Shown: one piece after another, positions 13,201 to 27,200 of the stretch
How positions within the stretch are numbered: the first letter of the stretch is position 1
Layout of the letters: each line of letters opens with the position of its first letter
Assembly (NCBI GenBank): GCA_002633005.1
Contig: NMRA01000236.1
Location: 494,861-558,860, forward strand
Direction of reading: 5' to 3'
From: Phoronis australis
Taxonomy: Eukaryota; Animalia; Phoronida
Length of the DNA stretch: 64,000 bases
Program-made: the position numbers and the translations under genes
The notes under the pieces: model-generated
Database searches by the model: none
Seen by the model: only the letters and a program-made list of their open reading frames with translations
What the model was told of the DNA's origin: nothing

Positions 13201-15029
13201 TGCAAAAGATTTACGGAACTTAGTTGAGTTCCTATTTGGGACTGTTTCATTCAGCCTGGCACAGATACACTGATTAACAGGTACAGGGTTATGTTGTGCA
13301 TGCCTCTTTTACACTACTTTACACTTTACCTTTAAATAATGGACTGCTGCCAAAATTGTATCTACGCAGTTGCAGATCAACTTCCGCCATCAAACAAACT
13401 AACTAATTGTAACTGATTTCAATAAGCCCTCGTGGCAACCTTTCAAATTAGATTTCCTCAAAGAATTTGAATTTCTTGGGCAAAGGCCATTGTTATGAAC
13501 TCCACACTGTCAATTTAATTTATTCTCTAACCTCATCTCTGGCAGCCTGCTGAGGCCACGCTTTTCAAAGAACACTTATATAACCACCTTTGGCATTGTA
13601 ATGGGAGTTCTGTGTTTTGTTTTATCTGACTGGGAACTGGTTGATGTGGGTGTTCACAAATGTCTCATGTTTGAATCAAAGAGGTTGTTGTTTGCCAGGA
13701 GGTGGGGGGTTCAAACAGCGCCTATGCTGGGGTTGGACAGATTCACTTTCACAATTATTCTTTCGTTCAAGTGTAGTAATCTTTCGGTGTTGTTTTGTTG
13801 CTCGTCAAAATAACAACTGGTGCTCATACAAGGTGATATGATAGGGGTATTAACCCTAGAAATTAATACATTGCATTCTTTTGGTCAGACTATGAAATAT
13901 AAGATGGCCACTGTGGCAAAGTGCTGCCTAGCTTGTAGTTGGCATAATGGTTGAGAGTTCATTGGTCCTGGGTGTTAATACCAACACAACTGGTTCTAAT
14001 TAATTATTATATCATTGCCTGTGTTATATGAGTCAAGCAAATAGAATTATCTAACAATGTCACTGCTCTAAATTTATGCCATGGAAGTATATTTTCACAC
14101 AGATTATTTTGATTCATGGTTAGCTAGAGTTTATACACCTGCACAGTTTAAGAGGATGACGAACCTGGTACTGTTTTTAGTTGAATACACATTCAGATTA
14201 ACACGATTCTTCTATGTAGCACTCAATATGGCCCACAAGTGAAATTCTATTTTGTAAAATTTCTTCATAAAATAAAGATAAAGAATACTCTTGTATATCG
14301 CTAGCGTGGTCTGTACTCTAAAGATGTAACAAACCGTTTGGCTAAGTTTCCACTATTTGTAGGAAAATCATAATTTGGAAATGGAACAATGACAATTGTG
14401 GCTACTTTTTGCCAAATTGGTGTTGAGTTACCTTACAGGCTTTATCTTGTCAAGTGGTTTTCTCAGGGCTTGGTTGCATAACAATTCTAATTCATGGTGC
14501 AGGATAGCAATGGTGACCATGCGTTATCACATGTCACATTACTCATGCTGCAAAAATCCACTGTCAGTGAAAAAGGATCTGTTTGAAGGAATCTTGATAT
14601 TCTCCAGTGTCATATGGCCAGCAGGACCAGTTATTTCCACATTATACTCTTGATAAGAGGGCTGCTGTAGTCATCAGTAGAGTGACACTGTTCTCTAGGG
14701 CACATGTTGAGGGCCATTACTGTTTCTTATCAGATTGTATCTAAAAAGAAGGCTTGGAAGCATCCAGCCTCTGATTTCCATTTTCTTTTTAGGACAAGGA
14801 AACCATAAAATCTGAATAGAGGAGAAAAATTGGGTTCTTGAATTTTCAAAATTCAGTTCCAATACTGGTGATTTTATAAACATAAACCTTGAAGCCTTGA
14901 GCTATTCATTGGAAAGTAGTTCCCAGCATGGCTAATTATAAGCATCACTACCTCACAATGAAAGCTGTGCCTGAAAGAATGTGGATAAAGGGAATGTTCA
15001 AACAATGTTGAACAATATATTTAATGCCT

Positions 15030-15690
15030 AAGACCCTTTCACACTGAGGTCCACAGTTCCTTGTTTTAGGGAGTTGTGGTCAGTATGAAGGGTTAACTCT
15101 GGTCCTGGATCAAAGTTAACAGCACCAGTTAACTTTGCAGTAATCAGGTAGATTTAACAGCAGAGTGACGCTGTGGTGCAGTATGAACGATCAACTTCGG
15201 TCTCATTGAAGTTATCTCCAGGGGCCTCTGCTATCATCAACAATTAAGGGGCAGTGTCATCGCTAATAGTTGCTAATATTTTACTCAAATAATCGAATTA
15301 GAAATTTTCATGTCAATTAGCACATGTGAATGTTCTCGCATTGTCACATTAAAAAATCTTAACACGCATGAGATGCTACCTTGCGATTTCTTCGATGACA
15401 GCTGCATCACTGTTGCAGTATATGATCAAATCGTTGACAGATTACGCCATCTATTTAATATTTACTAACCTAACAAAATCCCAACATCCATCGAAACATC
15501 CTCTCTGGTAACTGCCACTGATTTTAATGAAGGATGCGCAGAGTAGAGTCTTCTTTCCTTTTTATCCATCACCATCGTCATCATCATAATGTTTCACTTA
15601 CGATGCTGCTGCCAAAGGTGGTATGAACGATTCAATTCACTTGGCAGTTTACATCGATACTCCACTCATACCGTAGTTAGTATTAAAGGC
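15030..15690. mobile_element. Diverged copy of the PIF/Harbinger-like MITE found at 19789-20277
   Basis: Begins gaccctttcacact. Shares long blocks with 19880-20270 (gacgctgtgg, cttcggtctcat, gctaatagttgct, tgtcaattagcaca, ttgtcacattaaaaaa, ggtatgaacgattcaatt). Confidence 0.65.
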
Positions 15691-17241
15691 AACCATCATT
15701 TTAGGAGTATTATACGGCCCAGGGTCCAGGTTTTATGGATCTGAACTCAAACTTGACTTCGACTCAGACTCAATAATGAGTGAGTAGTGTTGCATTATTC
15801 AAATACAACTTTGTAAAGTTGCTTGATACATGCCATGCGATTGATCAATTTTGGAGTCGAGTTTCGAGTGCTGAGATTAGACCCCGGGCGATGCAACTTG
15901 TATTTGAGTTTTCTGTTTTTACATAGCATTAATCTTAGATCCTGGTCTCACAACGGACTGGCTCCTAAAAAGCACTGTTTACATATGTGTACTATAATGA
16001 CGTTGTTCTGGGACAAAACGATGAGCTTTCAATTTGTCGTTTTTCAATTACAGAAAGTTTTGCTGAAAAACATGACAAAATAAGGAATTTTGTTTGCACT
16101 GTACAATGGCAAAAATTGGAGACTCTTTTACCCTGTAATGTTTTAGTTGACTGAGTTATTCCAGCAGGGTATTAGTGTATACAAACTAAATCAGCCTATT
16201 GTGTGGCACCAGCACCCTTTTGGGATATGGATAATCAGGGTCCCAGCTGCTCTGAGGTTACAGTGGGCCTCGAATTTTGAGAATCAGTTTGATGCCTGTT
16301 ATTCAGTGAAGAAAGCTGGTTCTCAATAGGCGGGACCCCTGTAAGTGTCTATTACTGGTGTGAGTGTAGCTGTTACTGTGAATATGGCACTGCTTCAAAC
16401 TGCCACTAGTCTTTGCTTCCAGTCTTCCCAACATGATTAGCCCAGATCTGTTTGATGCCTGTGATGCCATAAGGCTTTCCACATGTGAAAACAATGGTAC
16501 CAATTTGAACTATTAAGTAGCAGAAGCTCACAAACCACATTCAGCCCCTGTTACAGTGGTTCAAATAATTAAGCAGAGATAGCATCATTGCCCTGTGATA
16601 TGCCAGCTTTTATCTTCTGTAATGTAGCTTGCTGAGGGCGTAACTTATGGCCTTGGGGGCATAGCCACACAACAATGCACGAACTTTGTAGATTTCTTTT
16701 ACGGTTGTGATGTTGAGCAGGCTCTGAGTGTTTAACCAGAATAGTGCAAAAACGCTTACAGTATTTTTCATAATCTCTGCCTTCCGTTTTTATGTCTACA
16801 CCACCTGAGGCTTTGTAAAATACATACACTTCTTACAGGTGCGGTCATCCATTGTCTTGACCGGTTTGTTGTGTTTAATAAATTAGGTCTTCCTGCTTAG
16901 CTCCGACTCTTGTCTTTGTAGTACCTGCCAGGGTTACGCATCCACCTTGGATAATTTACTTTTATTTTGGTTTCAAAGTGGTAAAGACGTACTTTCAATT
17001 GTGGAAACAAAACTCAGTAAATTTTAAATTGTGCTTGGCATTGCATTCAAACTGGTGGAATTACATTGTTCACTTGGCTTTTGCAGTCCCGTTGTTGGAA
17101 ATGACTAAATGGTCTAAATAACAATTAGCTAACTTGAACAGAACACAGGTTGATAGTTGCTTTTAGTTGTCAGTGTGTGGTCTGAATTCCTAAGTTTTGA
17201 TTTGTAGTTAGATGAATTTGGCAGTTTTTATTGTCTAGAAT

Positions 17242-17700
17242 CAGGCCTTTTATCCAGGATTTTGAAAGTAGGGTGTCCAAAATGGGGTTCCCAATATTCC
17301 AGGGCATCCATGATTCCGACGCGTAACCCCCCACCCCCAGCAATACCCCCAAACACACAATTTTTTTTACAAAAAATGCATAGATCAAGGTTTTTACATC
17401 TAAGTTTGTAAAACAGCCTTCTATGGTGAGCATTTTACTAAAAAAATGTGTAGACCAAGACTTTTACAATGCTGTCAATCAAGTGTCAAAATAGCAACAA
17501 TGCATATACTTTGTACATACATTGTATATTTCTTCCTGCTTTGAAAAAAGAGCCCCCACTGTGAGCGTTCAGAGGCTTCCTAGTATTCATTACAATGTGT
17601 GAGTAACTTGAAAGGTTCCTATTGACAGTGGGCGTCCAAATGATACATTGGGCATCTTTGCCAGGGCGTCCAGATTAGTGCATTTGGACACTCAGGACAT
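17242..17700. mobile_element. Non-autonomous DNA-transposon (hAT-like) fragment; second copy at about 41572-42440
   Basis: ttatccaggattt..gggtgtccaaaatgg.gttcccaatattccagggc shared with 41580-41640, plus further shared motifs (tacattgtatatttc). The right boundary is approximate. Confidence 0.6.
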
Positions 17701-18292
17701 ATGCTCATTGGATATTGGTCATCTGGAGAAGGATGTAAATATGTGATCTGTAGAGATCACTTCATTATGGTACAATTCCAGACCATTAAGTTCACTTTAT
17801 CATAGATACATGTAAGCAGGTGACATCTATCCAGAGCCTACAGCAGGCTTACCAAGCAGATAAACCATGGTGAGCAGATGAACGAGGGCCTCTGGATTAG
17901 AGAAATCATGACCCACAAATCTATGCTCTGTGATTTTTATGGTCTGTATAAGAGTATTACATGTGACAGGCAGCACAAGATACACACCTCATATCAAGGG
18001 TCATGTCTTTGACCTGTTCAGCAATTACAAGTTCTCATAGCAGTTATCTCTAAAAGTTTTGGATTTCATACCCCATCATAGGAAATAGTTTTTTTTTGTA
18101 AGTCTCCCTGATCTTATCTGTCATAGGTATCACCATAGCTTGATACATGAGGTGATGAAATGTCCACTTCTGGAGCCAATGTTACCACTAGAAGTGTAAT
18201 TGTATGTCAAAACTCTTGTTATGAACTTTGTAGGTTTATCATGACATTCCTGTAATATCGAACAACAAGTTTATAACATTACATTCCACTGA

Positions 18293-19490
18293 TTTTTTGC
18301 GCCCACATTTTATACCACGAATTTCGGACGGAGCTGACTACCGATGTGTCCCCTAGTGGCACTTCTAGTTGTTTTTACATTTACCTCTGTATCTTCAAAG
18401 GTCCTCAATGGGTTTTCATGAAACTTGGCACGTAGTCATCTTTTAATGAGATGATGCTATCCTCCCGTTTTCGGATGGATTTGAGGTATTTTGCGCCACT
18501 TAGTGGCCATTTTTACTGTTTTTGAGCCTATTTTGTGGTGTCTGCCTTTCTGTCAATCAAACTACTCTAAGGATGATTGTGAAAATTGGCGTATATATGT
18601 TCTTACTGTGAAGAGGACAATTGACGATCGTGTTCCGACGACTTCGACTATTGTGGCGCTTCCTAGTGTTGTTCTTTTTTTTGATTTTTGGGCTCATGGC
18701 TATACCTCCTAAACGTTCTGCAGGAACTTTATTAAGTTTAGCAAGTATATTTATATAGAGTTGACTAAAAACGATGACTTTCAGACAGATCAGACGACTG
18801 GTGTGCCCCCTATTGACAACTTTGTTTTTTACGTTTATCTCTGCATCTTCAAAGGTCCTCAACAGATTTTCATAAAATTTGGCAGATAGGCATAAGTGAG
18901 GTGACGCTTTCCTTCCTTTTCCGGATGGATTCGAGGCATTTTGCCCCACCTAGGGGCCAATTTCACTGTTTTTTATTCTGTTTTTTGGCATCGGCCTTTC
19001 TGTCAACCAAGCCTCTCTGAAGGTTGATTTTAAAAATTGGCATCTATGTTCTTAGTGTGAAGAGGATGATTGACCATGATTTTCTGACGCCTTTAGCTAT
19101 TGTGGCGCCTCCTAGTTTTTTTGTATCCGTAAATATCACCTGTATCTCCTAAACCTACTGCAGTATCTTTATTAAATTTAGCAAGTGTATTTATGTGAAG
19201 TTTACTGTGGACAACGACTGCTTTCAGATGGATCGACAAACGCTGTGCCCCCTAGTGACAATTTCATTTTTCCATTTTCGTCTGTTTCTCTGAAGTTCCG
19301 TGACGAATTTTTATGAAATTTGGCAAATAGCTTCCTATTAAAGAAGCGATGACATGTTGTCGTTTTCGGATGGATTTGGCACATTTAGTGTCATCTAATG
19401 ATCACTTTTAGGATACAAATAAACACCCTTAGAAGCACACGGCTTGCGGTGGATTTGTGGGCGCATTTCAATGCTCCGCAATGGTCTTAT
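18293..19490 (+). mobile_element. Helentron-associated (HINE/DINE-1-like) non-autonomous element with about 450-bp internal tandem units
   Basis: T-run start. Subterminal inverted repeats tgcgcccaca (18298-18307) and tgtgggcgca (19456-19465), followed by a short degenerate hairpin. Internal units start near 18345, 18800 and 19245 (gtg.cccctagtg.ca ... atgaaa.ttggca). Related fragment at 42470-42750. Confidence 0.6.
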
Positions 19491-19788
19491 TAAAGCTGTG
19501 GTTTGTCATTTCACTGTACTTTGTGTTATATTTTGACAAGGAAAGTAAAACCCGCATTAGTCAGAGATGGTGAGGTCAAATTTTCGCGTAGCTCAGACAA
19601 AGTTACCCAGCACACTTGTTCATGCATTCAACCCTTTCAGATAAACCGGATTTTGCCTCGTTGGCATTACATCTCCTGGTCAGAGTTTTATTTTATTCTT
19701 TCTGATCATCCTTGAGAAGTGCCATTGGTATTTTAGCTCACAACACCTGTTTCAAATTCATGACCCTGACTCCAGTACAATAAAATAA

Positions 19789-20277
19789 GGCCCTTTCCTG
19801 CTAACCTCGATGTGTCAATGTTTTGGGGAGTTGAGGTCAGTATCATGAGCGGTGAACTTCGGTCTTGGATCGAGTAAACAGTTGGATTTATCAGCGGAGC
19901 ATCGACGCTGTGGTACGGTGTGCACGATCAGCTTCGGTCTCATCGAAGCTTTCGTCAAGGCCCATTGCTATAAGCTGCAGTTAAGAGGCTGTGTCGTTGC
20001 TAATAGTTGCTTATGTTTTGCTCAAGTAATCACCAATGGAATAAGAAATACATTTTTTGTCAATTAGCACACATAAATGTTCTCAAATTGTCACATTAAA
20101 AAAGTCTTAGCATATACTGGATGCATAATCGTTACCTTGCGATTACTTTGATGTCAGCGTCAACTACCATTTAATTCAATGCCGTTAACTACGGAAGCTG
20201 GTATGAACGATTCAATTGACTTTGCAGTTTACGTCGATGATCCACTCACACTGGAGTTAAGTTAGTATGAAAGGGCC
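19789..20277. mobile_element. PIF/Harbinger-like MITE
   Basis: TIRs GGCCCTTTCCTGCTAAC and (reverse complement) GGCCCTTTCATACTAAC, 15/17 match. Left flank is TAA; the right TSD is imperfect. Confidence 0.65.
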
Positions 20278-20833
20278 TTTAGGGAAAGCTCTCACCAATT
20301 TAGGACACAATGTGACAGACAAGTGAAATTTCATTTATCATTTTCCATGAAAGGTGTGTTGCACCAAATTAAATGCTTTTCCTGTTCATGTTTTCTACTA
20401 TAGCTACTATCTGGCTTTCCATTTTCATGTTTTGCACTTTAGCTACTAGCAAACCATTATTTGAACAATTGTGGGCACTCATAACTATCCTAGAAGCCCT
20501 TGAAAAATGAAAAAGTGCATTTTTGGCAATTATTTTTTGTCTGAAATGGGTGAGATTTTACGGTAACCATTTTTGAAATGAAGCTAATTGTCAACAACTT
20601 TGTCAAAACATGTGGCATTGGGATTGTGAATTAGAATGTCATGTGTACTGCACTGGAATGTTCACCTTAGTAAAGTGTTTGTCTAAGCTTGCAAAATATC
20701 TTCATTTGAACATAATTTGTTCAGTATTTCAGTTACTGAAGGGTGTACATCTGTGCTTCCGGCAGTTCACGATGTAATGACAACCTTTCAATGTTAAATG
20801 TGCATCCTTTTGGTCCTGAAGATATGTATACAA

Positions 20834-21122
20834 TACAGTAAAATTTCACCAATTTAGGACACCATATGGCCTACAAGTGAAATTATAGGTTTTCATTTTT
20901 TTCATAAAAGACAAGTAGCACCAAATAGATGCTATAGCATTATAAATGTGTAAAAGACAAGTAGCACTAAATAGATGCTATAGCATTATAAATGTGTACG
21001 CCATAGCTACCTTCAGACAATGTTTCCAGCAACTGTGGACATTTAAAACAATATTAAAAGCATTTGAAAATGAAAAAAAAATGGAAATTAATTTTGTCAG
21101 AAATTGGTGAGATTTTACCGCA
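20834..21122. mobile_element. Tc1/mariner-like MITE of a family that recurs through the window
   Basis: TIRs tacagtaaaatttcaccaatt and aattggtgagattttaccgca. Related ends near 2360-2570, 8210-8420, 10540, 14220, 20290-20565, 22965 and 28255-28450. Contains a 46-bp tandem duplication at 20905-20998. Confidence 0.7.
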
Positions 21123-23703
21123 CTAAACCTCTGATCATCTACCCTTGGAAGGGATGCTCCATGATTAGTAAGTAATGCAAGAATTTGTTTTTTTCATTGT
21201 CAAACATATTTACGTTTATCTTTTCCTCGGGTTTTCTTATCAATTGCTTCAGTTGTCTTTCAGTTCATCCTTGATTTGCATTCTTTGAATTAGAGTGTGT
21301 TACGAAAGCCTTGACCTTTCGTGTTTCAGTCTGACATCCCATTGGTTAAAGATATCCAATTACCATTTGACAAAAAACTCTTGTTCCCCTGGCAAGCTTA
21401 ATAGCTGTGAAATCCACCAGCGGCAGGTGAAATAACAGGACAATTATTCACCAAATTACCAGCAATTACAGCAATTTTACAGCCTGGTAACTGATTGTAT
21501 GGGCGTTAATGGTTACTAGGCATATAACAAATTGAGCATGTGTCAAAAATTAGCATTGAAAGGAATTTTAATTTTAATTACAATGAGAGAGTGGGGCAGA
21601 CATGAGAACAATGCGAAGTTGGTTACTCTGTATGAAATTGTGATCAAAGTGTCTGGAGTTCGAAAGGTCAATGTGTGAAGCCAGGAATTGTTCTGTCACT
21701 GGTGAAACTTATTTTTTTATTAGTGCTCAGCAACAATTCTGTATTTAAAAGTTGGTATTTTTGTATTTTTAACTTACAAATAATCTTTTCTTATTCCTTG
21801 TGTACGTCATATGCATTATGTACATAGTTGATATAAAATTAATATACATATACATATATGTGCTGGTGTTATTTTCTGTCCTTCTGCCAGTCATTTGGTC
21901 GTTTTCTATGGTTTTTTCTTACATGAATCTGTATCTTATAACTGGGTTATGTTAAGTGAGTATTTGAAAATTTTTTGCTTTTTCAAGGATTTTAGCCCTC
22001 AAGGCAGTAAAATTTCATATCACTCTGTAACTCGGTGAGGTTCCATTTGGAAATCAGTTCATGTTTTGTCATGTAAGAATAATGTACCTTTCCCTGTGAA
22101 GTATGCCTTGTTTCTAGAGGACGTAATCTATTCTGTCTTCAAACGTTGGACTGAGTGAAGTTGATAGCTGTCCACTATCCCTATATAATACAGTAGTGGC
22201 ACAAATACTTGAAATTAGTTACAGCTGTGAATCAACTTTATCAATATTGATGTACCATACTACTATTTTGAAATCGGTGATCACGCTTGCAGAGTTTTCA
22301 TATCTTGATTATACTTATTTATTTTACATCTGACAACTGTATTGCTTTCAAATCACAGTACACAAGGTAACTGATAGTTAATTGATATTTGGCAACCATT
22401 GTTTCAATGGTCTGAAATATTTTTAGTGATGTATCTTGCCAGTAGAAGTTAAAATTCATATTGGCATGCAAATCATAAATTTCACAACTAACCATGATCA
22501 ACAAAAATAAAAGATAATTTTATCACTGTCATGGATTGTACTTATTTGGTATGATGAAGAATACATTGAAAATTTTGAATGCAAGTTTGACAATTAGTTC
22601 TGTGAGAAATTGAACGATTACTGTTGTTTATGATTTGCCTTGAGTTTACAAGTTCATCTTGGGCTGTGCATGGTATCTATCATACCATTTAGAATTTACC
22701 TTTCATTGAAGCAGAAGCCAACAGTCTTCACTGATATTTCATCTTTGCCATCTTGTGGTTGAAGCCTTCGTTTTTAGGATTGTCTTACTGTTTTTTCAGA
22801 AGGATTGTCATACTCGGTCTTCTTTTGACTTTCCTGAGCTTCTAACATTGTGCATGCGCACAATTTCTCAAAACATTGCCTCTCACCTCTAGTGCAGAAC
22901 TTAAAAATGACGAAGTGCTCATTTGGCACTGTACATCTTTTATGAAGAAATGGAAAAATAAAATTTCTCTTGTCAGTGATATCGTGTCTTAAATTGGTGT
23001 CATTTTAAGAATGAGAGTTAAGCACCATGAAGTTAGGTTTTAAAAGCTTATGTTGTTTTTATGTGCGACCTGTTGATTGAGATGCTGAAATGTGAACCAC
23101 TTCCTACAGCGCCACCCATGAGATATGACTGAAAAACTTTTTAGTGCACAGGATGTAACATTTGGCACAATACCAGTTAGATTTGGATCAGTCTCAACTG
23201 GTGGAAAGGCAGTCCTAATTAGATTATGTTTAAAGTTCTTATTCTTGGTAGACCTGTTTAACCAAATGCAGAATTCTAGAAAGTGCGGTGAATTGTTGTT
23301 TATTTCATTACTTTGTAGTTCTCAATTGAATTACATTTGATTTCATTTTGAATGACGTAAGGTTTTGAAAAATACAGTTTTTTTACGTGGATGCAACTGA
23401 CTTCTTGTATTGATTACTTTCTGTAATTGATGAAAGTTTCCTGTGCCAATATTTAAATGTGACAACGAATTTCATTCTGTCAAACATTTTCCCAGAGTCA
23501 GCTAGTAAACCCACTGTTAACTGCATTATCGTTTTGGCATGCGCGATACACATTTTTAGTTTTCATCTTGAAGATTCTATGTTCTTACCAAATTCAGAGT
23601 TTGTCAACGAAATTGGCCTACAGTCATCTGAAGTGTTTTTATGATTCGACAAATGAGAAGACACACAGGGCTACAGTGTTCCAGGCTATACAGTTTTGCT
23701 TGA

Positions 23704-24279
23704 TCAAGGGTTTAGATTAACCTGACCCGCTCTGCGTGGCTGCTGCCTAAAGGCCTGCATCATTCTCCGTATCATTTCATCTAGCATCGTCAACCTGTTA
23801 TTCACCTCTTGTGGTATGGCCGGCCTGGCATGTACCTCCTGTATCATCTGTCGTAACATGGACTGTTCTTCTCGAAACTCGTGTTGTGCCCTCACGATAT
23901 TCGCGATGTTGTCGTGCAGACCTCGGAAATCGCCCTCGAACGATGACAGTTTCGCGTGAACCTTTTCAAATTGAGACCTGATTTTCTCCTCGTCGTAGGT
24001 GGCCGGTGCCGGTGGTATGTTTGGGATGGTAGGACTAACACGTGACACCTGATTTTCGTGACCCCGTTGGTATGTTGCTTCCATTAGTACTCCCATTCGT
24101 CGCTCGAGGTCACATATTTGCTTGGTTAGGTTGACATTATCAGTCTCTACCTGCTCCAATCGAGATTCCATATTCCTGATGAACCTGTGAAGAAGCACTG
24201 TACAGTTCACTGTCTGCAACATAATGAACACAAACACTACTTGTCCAAGCATTCTTGCCGTTTCACGTCCCGTGCTCAT
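23704..24279 (-). CDS. Secreted or membrane-anchored coiled-coil protein of unknown function, single coding exon
   Basis: 196-codon open frame with coding-like, CpG-retaining composition. Hydrophobic N-terminus (MLGQVVFVFIMLQTVNC), heptad segments and a Pro-rich linker. Splice acceptor directly upstream (24295) and a candidate 5'UTR donor at 25804. Start ATG is 24279 or 24252. Confidence 0.7.
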   Translation of the reverse strand: MSTGRETARMLGQVVFVFIMLQTVNCTVLLHRFIRNMESRLEQVETDNVNLTKQICDLERRMGVLMEATYQRGHENQVSRVSPTIPNIPPAPATYDEEKIRSQFEKVHAKLSSFEGDFRGLHDNIANIVRAQHEFREEQSMLRQMIQEVHARPAIPQEVNNRLTMLDEMIRRMMQAFRQQPRRAGQVNLNP

Positions 24280-27200
24280 TTCAAACAAATCCACCTAACT
24301 TCACGTTGCGTCAGTTACGGCAGTGATGGTTTAGTACATTTAAATTCTCACTTTCTGTCTTAGGTCACTGATCAGTACATAACAGCATTACAAGATGTTC
24401 TCACTATACTGAAGCTTGCCAGTGTCATAATGAATGGTCTTTGAAGAGTGCTCTAGTCTATATAGTTATCGACTGACTCATTAAGAACTCTGTAAACATT
24501 CCAAAGTCTCTGTTTTAATTACCACTACTCTGACAGTGGGGTGCCTGCCCTCTCCTGTTTGTAGAATCATCACTGTGGAAAGATGGAACAATGTAGATAA
24601 GCATGTCATTGGCATCCCAAATCTTTCAAGAGGTCTTCTTTCTGTGCTTCTTTCTCTTACATTTGAATGGCTTGGGGCTGTTTACTTTTCTCCAGGCAAT
24701 TTGCACTTTTGACTGTTGTAAGTGGCATCAAATTTGTTTAAATAGTTTAGTCTGGGTTCTTGCCAGAAAATGTCCTTCAATGTGGGCCACTAAGTGAAAT
24801 ACCTTGAATGAAAGTCTGTGTTGAAATTGTACAGTTTTTTTGCTTTGTGCAACATATTGATATTATGATAATTTAGGGAATGAAAGTCCATGTAGTAAAA
24901 CTGATATCAGCATTTGTATTACAGAAAAATGCACTCAAATATATTATGTCAGTTCAATTTAGTTACTTCTTCTTCATTGTTCCCGTGTTACAATTTTTAT
25001 TTGAGTATAAAGTGTTCCTTGCTAATTAGTTGTCTAAAGACAGGATTCTTTTCACAGTGTTAGGAAATAGATCTCCCTTATCCATATATAGGAATGCTGG
25101 TGCTGACTCCTTCGCTTAAGATTATTTGTAACTTGACATTTATGAACGCTAAACATTTGAAAAGGTCATTTTTACTGCAAACTAATTAGATTAAACCCCG
25201 TGTGTTAATCCTGTCGGTGCAAGAGATCTGCGTAGTCACTTTAAAAAAGTTGTTTCTGTGTGATTAGTTTAAGTAAAGAAATATGCTGGGGAAGGTTTTT
25301 GAGTGACGCTCTTGTTTCTTTTTATAGTACATTTATTTTTCCAAAAGCCTGAGAATACTTGATTTTTAAAACTATGGTGATTTCAGGTTTTAAAAATGGT
25401 TGTCTTTTGAACTTTTTTTTTCTACTTTAAATTGTTAACAGATTTCAGAAATTTCAAATTGATTGTTGTGATTTGTTGCAGACTCACATAAACAAACAGA
25501 AGGTAAATATTATGTTATTCTGACGGATAACGCCCAAGGCAACTAAGCTGAAAATTTGGAAATTGGAAATTGGGTGTTAAAAGCTGAGCTCAACAAAATC
25601 ACTGGCTTTAAATTGGACAATGTTGAAAATCCAGAGTTTGGAATTTAATGGAACACAGACTTCTTGATCACTGGACACTCGAACTTGCACAAAAATGAGA
25701 TTGTTGCATCTGCAATGCAGAATTAAGTGAGAATCCTATGTCTTTTAAAATACCCGTTATCAATTTGTTTGAAATTGTGAAAATGCTTTGATCAACGAAC
25801 TTACCTTTGCTCACTAACTGATTTGTCGGGATTTTTTGACACGGACTTTTAAATGTTCTAAATTGAAGTTACTGTCGTAAATATTCTTTCTGTGCACTTA
25901 TTAATAATGTACAGAAGTTTTTAATCTTCAAAATTCATAACTAATTAATTGTTGTCATTACACGTGTACTGTTCAGATCCAAATTGGCACAACAGCCCAA
26001 ATTGACAAATTTGGGAATCCAGTGACAGTTTCCATCCCAAATTGTCACAATTTTGCGCTTAATTAGTGTCAGTAACGTAGACCCAAATTGTCTCTAAATT
26101 CAGTAGTTGAGTCAATTTGGGCCGCACATCACTGACCTGCACTGTAGTATGTGCCTATAAGATGTTTATATACTTGAAGATAAAGATTGCATTTTAATTA
26201 ATGGATTTTATAAAGTTAAAATGGGAAATTTGCAAAACATCCTTTATGCTGCGAATGTGTTACTAAATAACATTTTCCCTCCAATATTGTAGCTTGATGT
26301 CTCAGTTAGCAAACTTGAACAATTATAGTTAAATTGCCTGAAGGGACATGTCCCTTATTGTGTTTACATGCCAACTTAACTACTATTGAGTGTGTATTTA
26401 GCCATTTGACTCATATTTGACCCGTGTATAAGAATGTTTGGGATTTGTAGGATTCTAGAGAATTTCATTGTCCGAACTTGGGAACCAAGTGACCAACTAC
26501 ATTTTAGGCATAATAATTTTTAACTACCGGACTTGTTAAGGTTAACATGTTTGTCTTTTTGATCACATCCGATATTCAATTTTTTTTTTGTTTTGACATG
26601 CATGTTCAGTGCCCAGCCCCAATTTTGTATAGACAGGGCATTTAGTTATGACCTCTGTCGGCTGACCCCATGCTTCCAGTCTGGACCCTAATCCAACTGA
26701 CACACAGACTTTCATGCTGAGTTGTCAGACAATGATCACAAGACATTTCACTCCTCTTACTTCCAGTAAATTTAAAAACGAATGGACAATTCAGATTCTA
26801 CAACTTTCAAAAATTTTGTTAACACCCATCCTCAGTTTCAGAGCTTTGAGTTTTTCACTTTTATTGCCCTTTTTTATTAACCCGGGCCAGAATGATATTG
26901 CTTGTTCATAGTAATAATAGTAATAACTGACATTCTAGCTCTGCTTCATCCAGTGCCTGTAGTTTTTTATTTTAACCACTTCTCTTTATCAGAAAGGAAA
27001 TTTATCTGTTAGATGTTAATTTTTAATCTTTAGTAACTCACACATTTCATTTTGTGTGAAGAATTGTCTTAAAAAGTTGTTTTCTCAGGATTGAGTGCTT
27101 TTTGTCTTGTCTTAACTGTCTGGGTATTTTTCAACCGACAATTAAGTGATAGCATGCGGGCCAATGTTGAGGAAGGTCTGAGAAAAAATTCTTGGTGCTG

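Noticed and set aside
10850-22850. Additional exon-like minus-strand patches (10850-11035, 13600-13840, 16870-16925, 22700-22845)
   Set aside because: No consistent open frame with paired splice sites or homology; they cannot be supported without transcripts.
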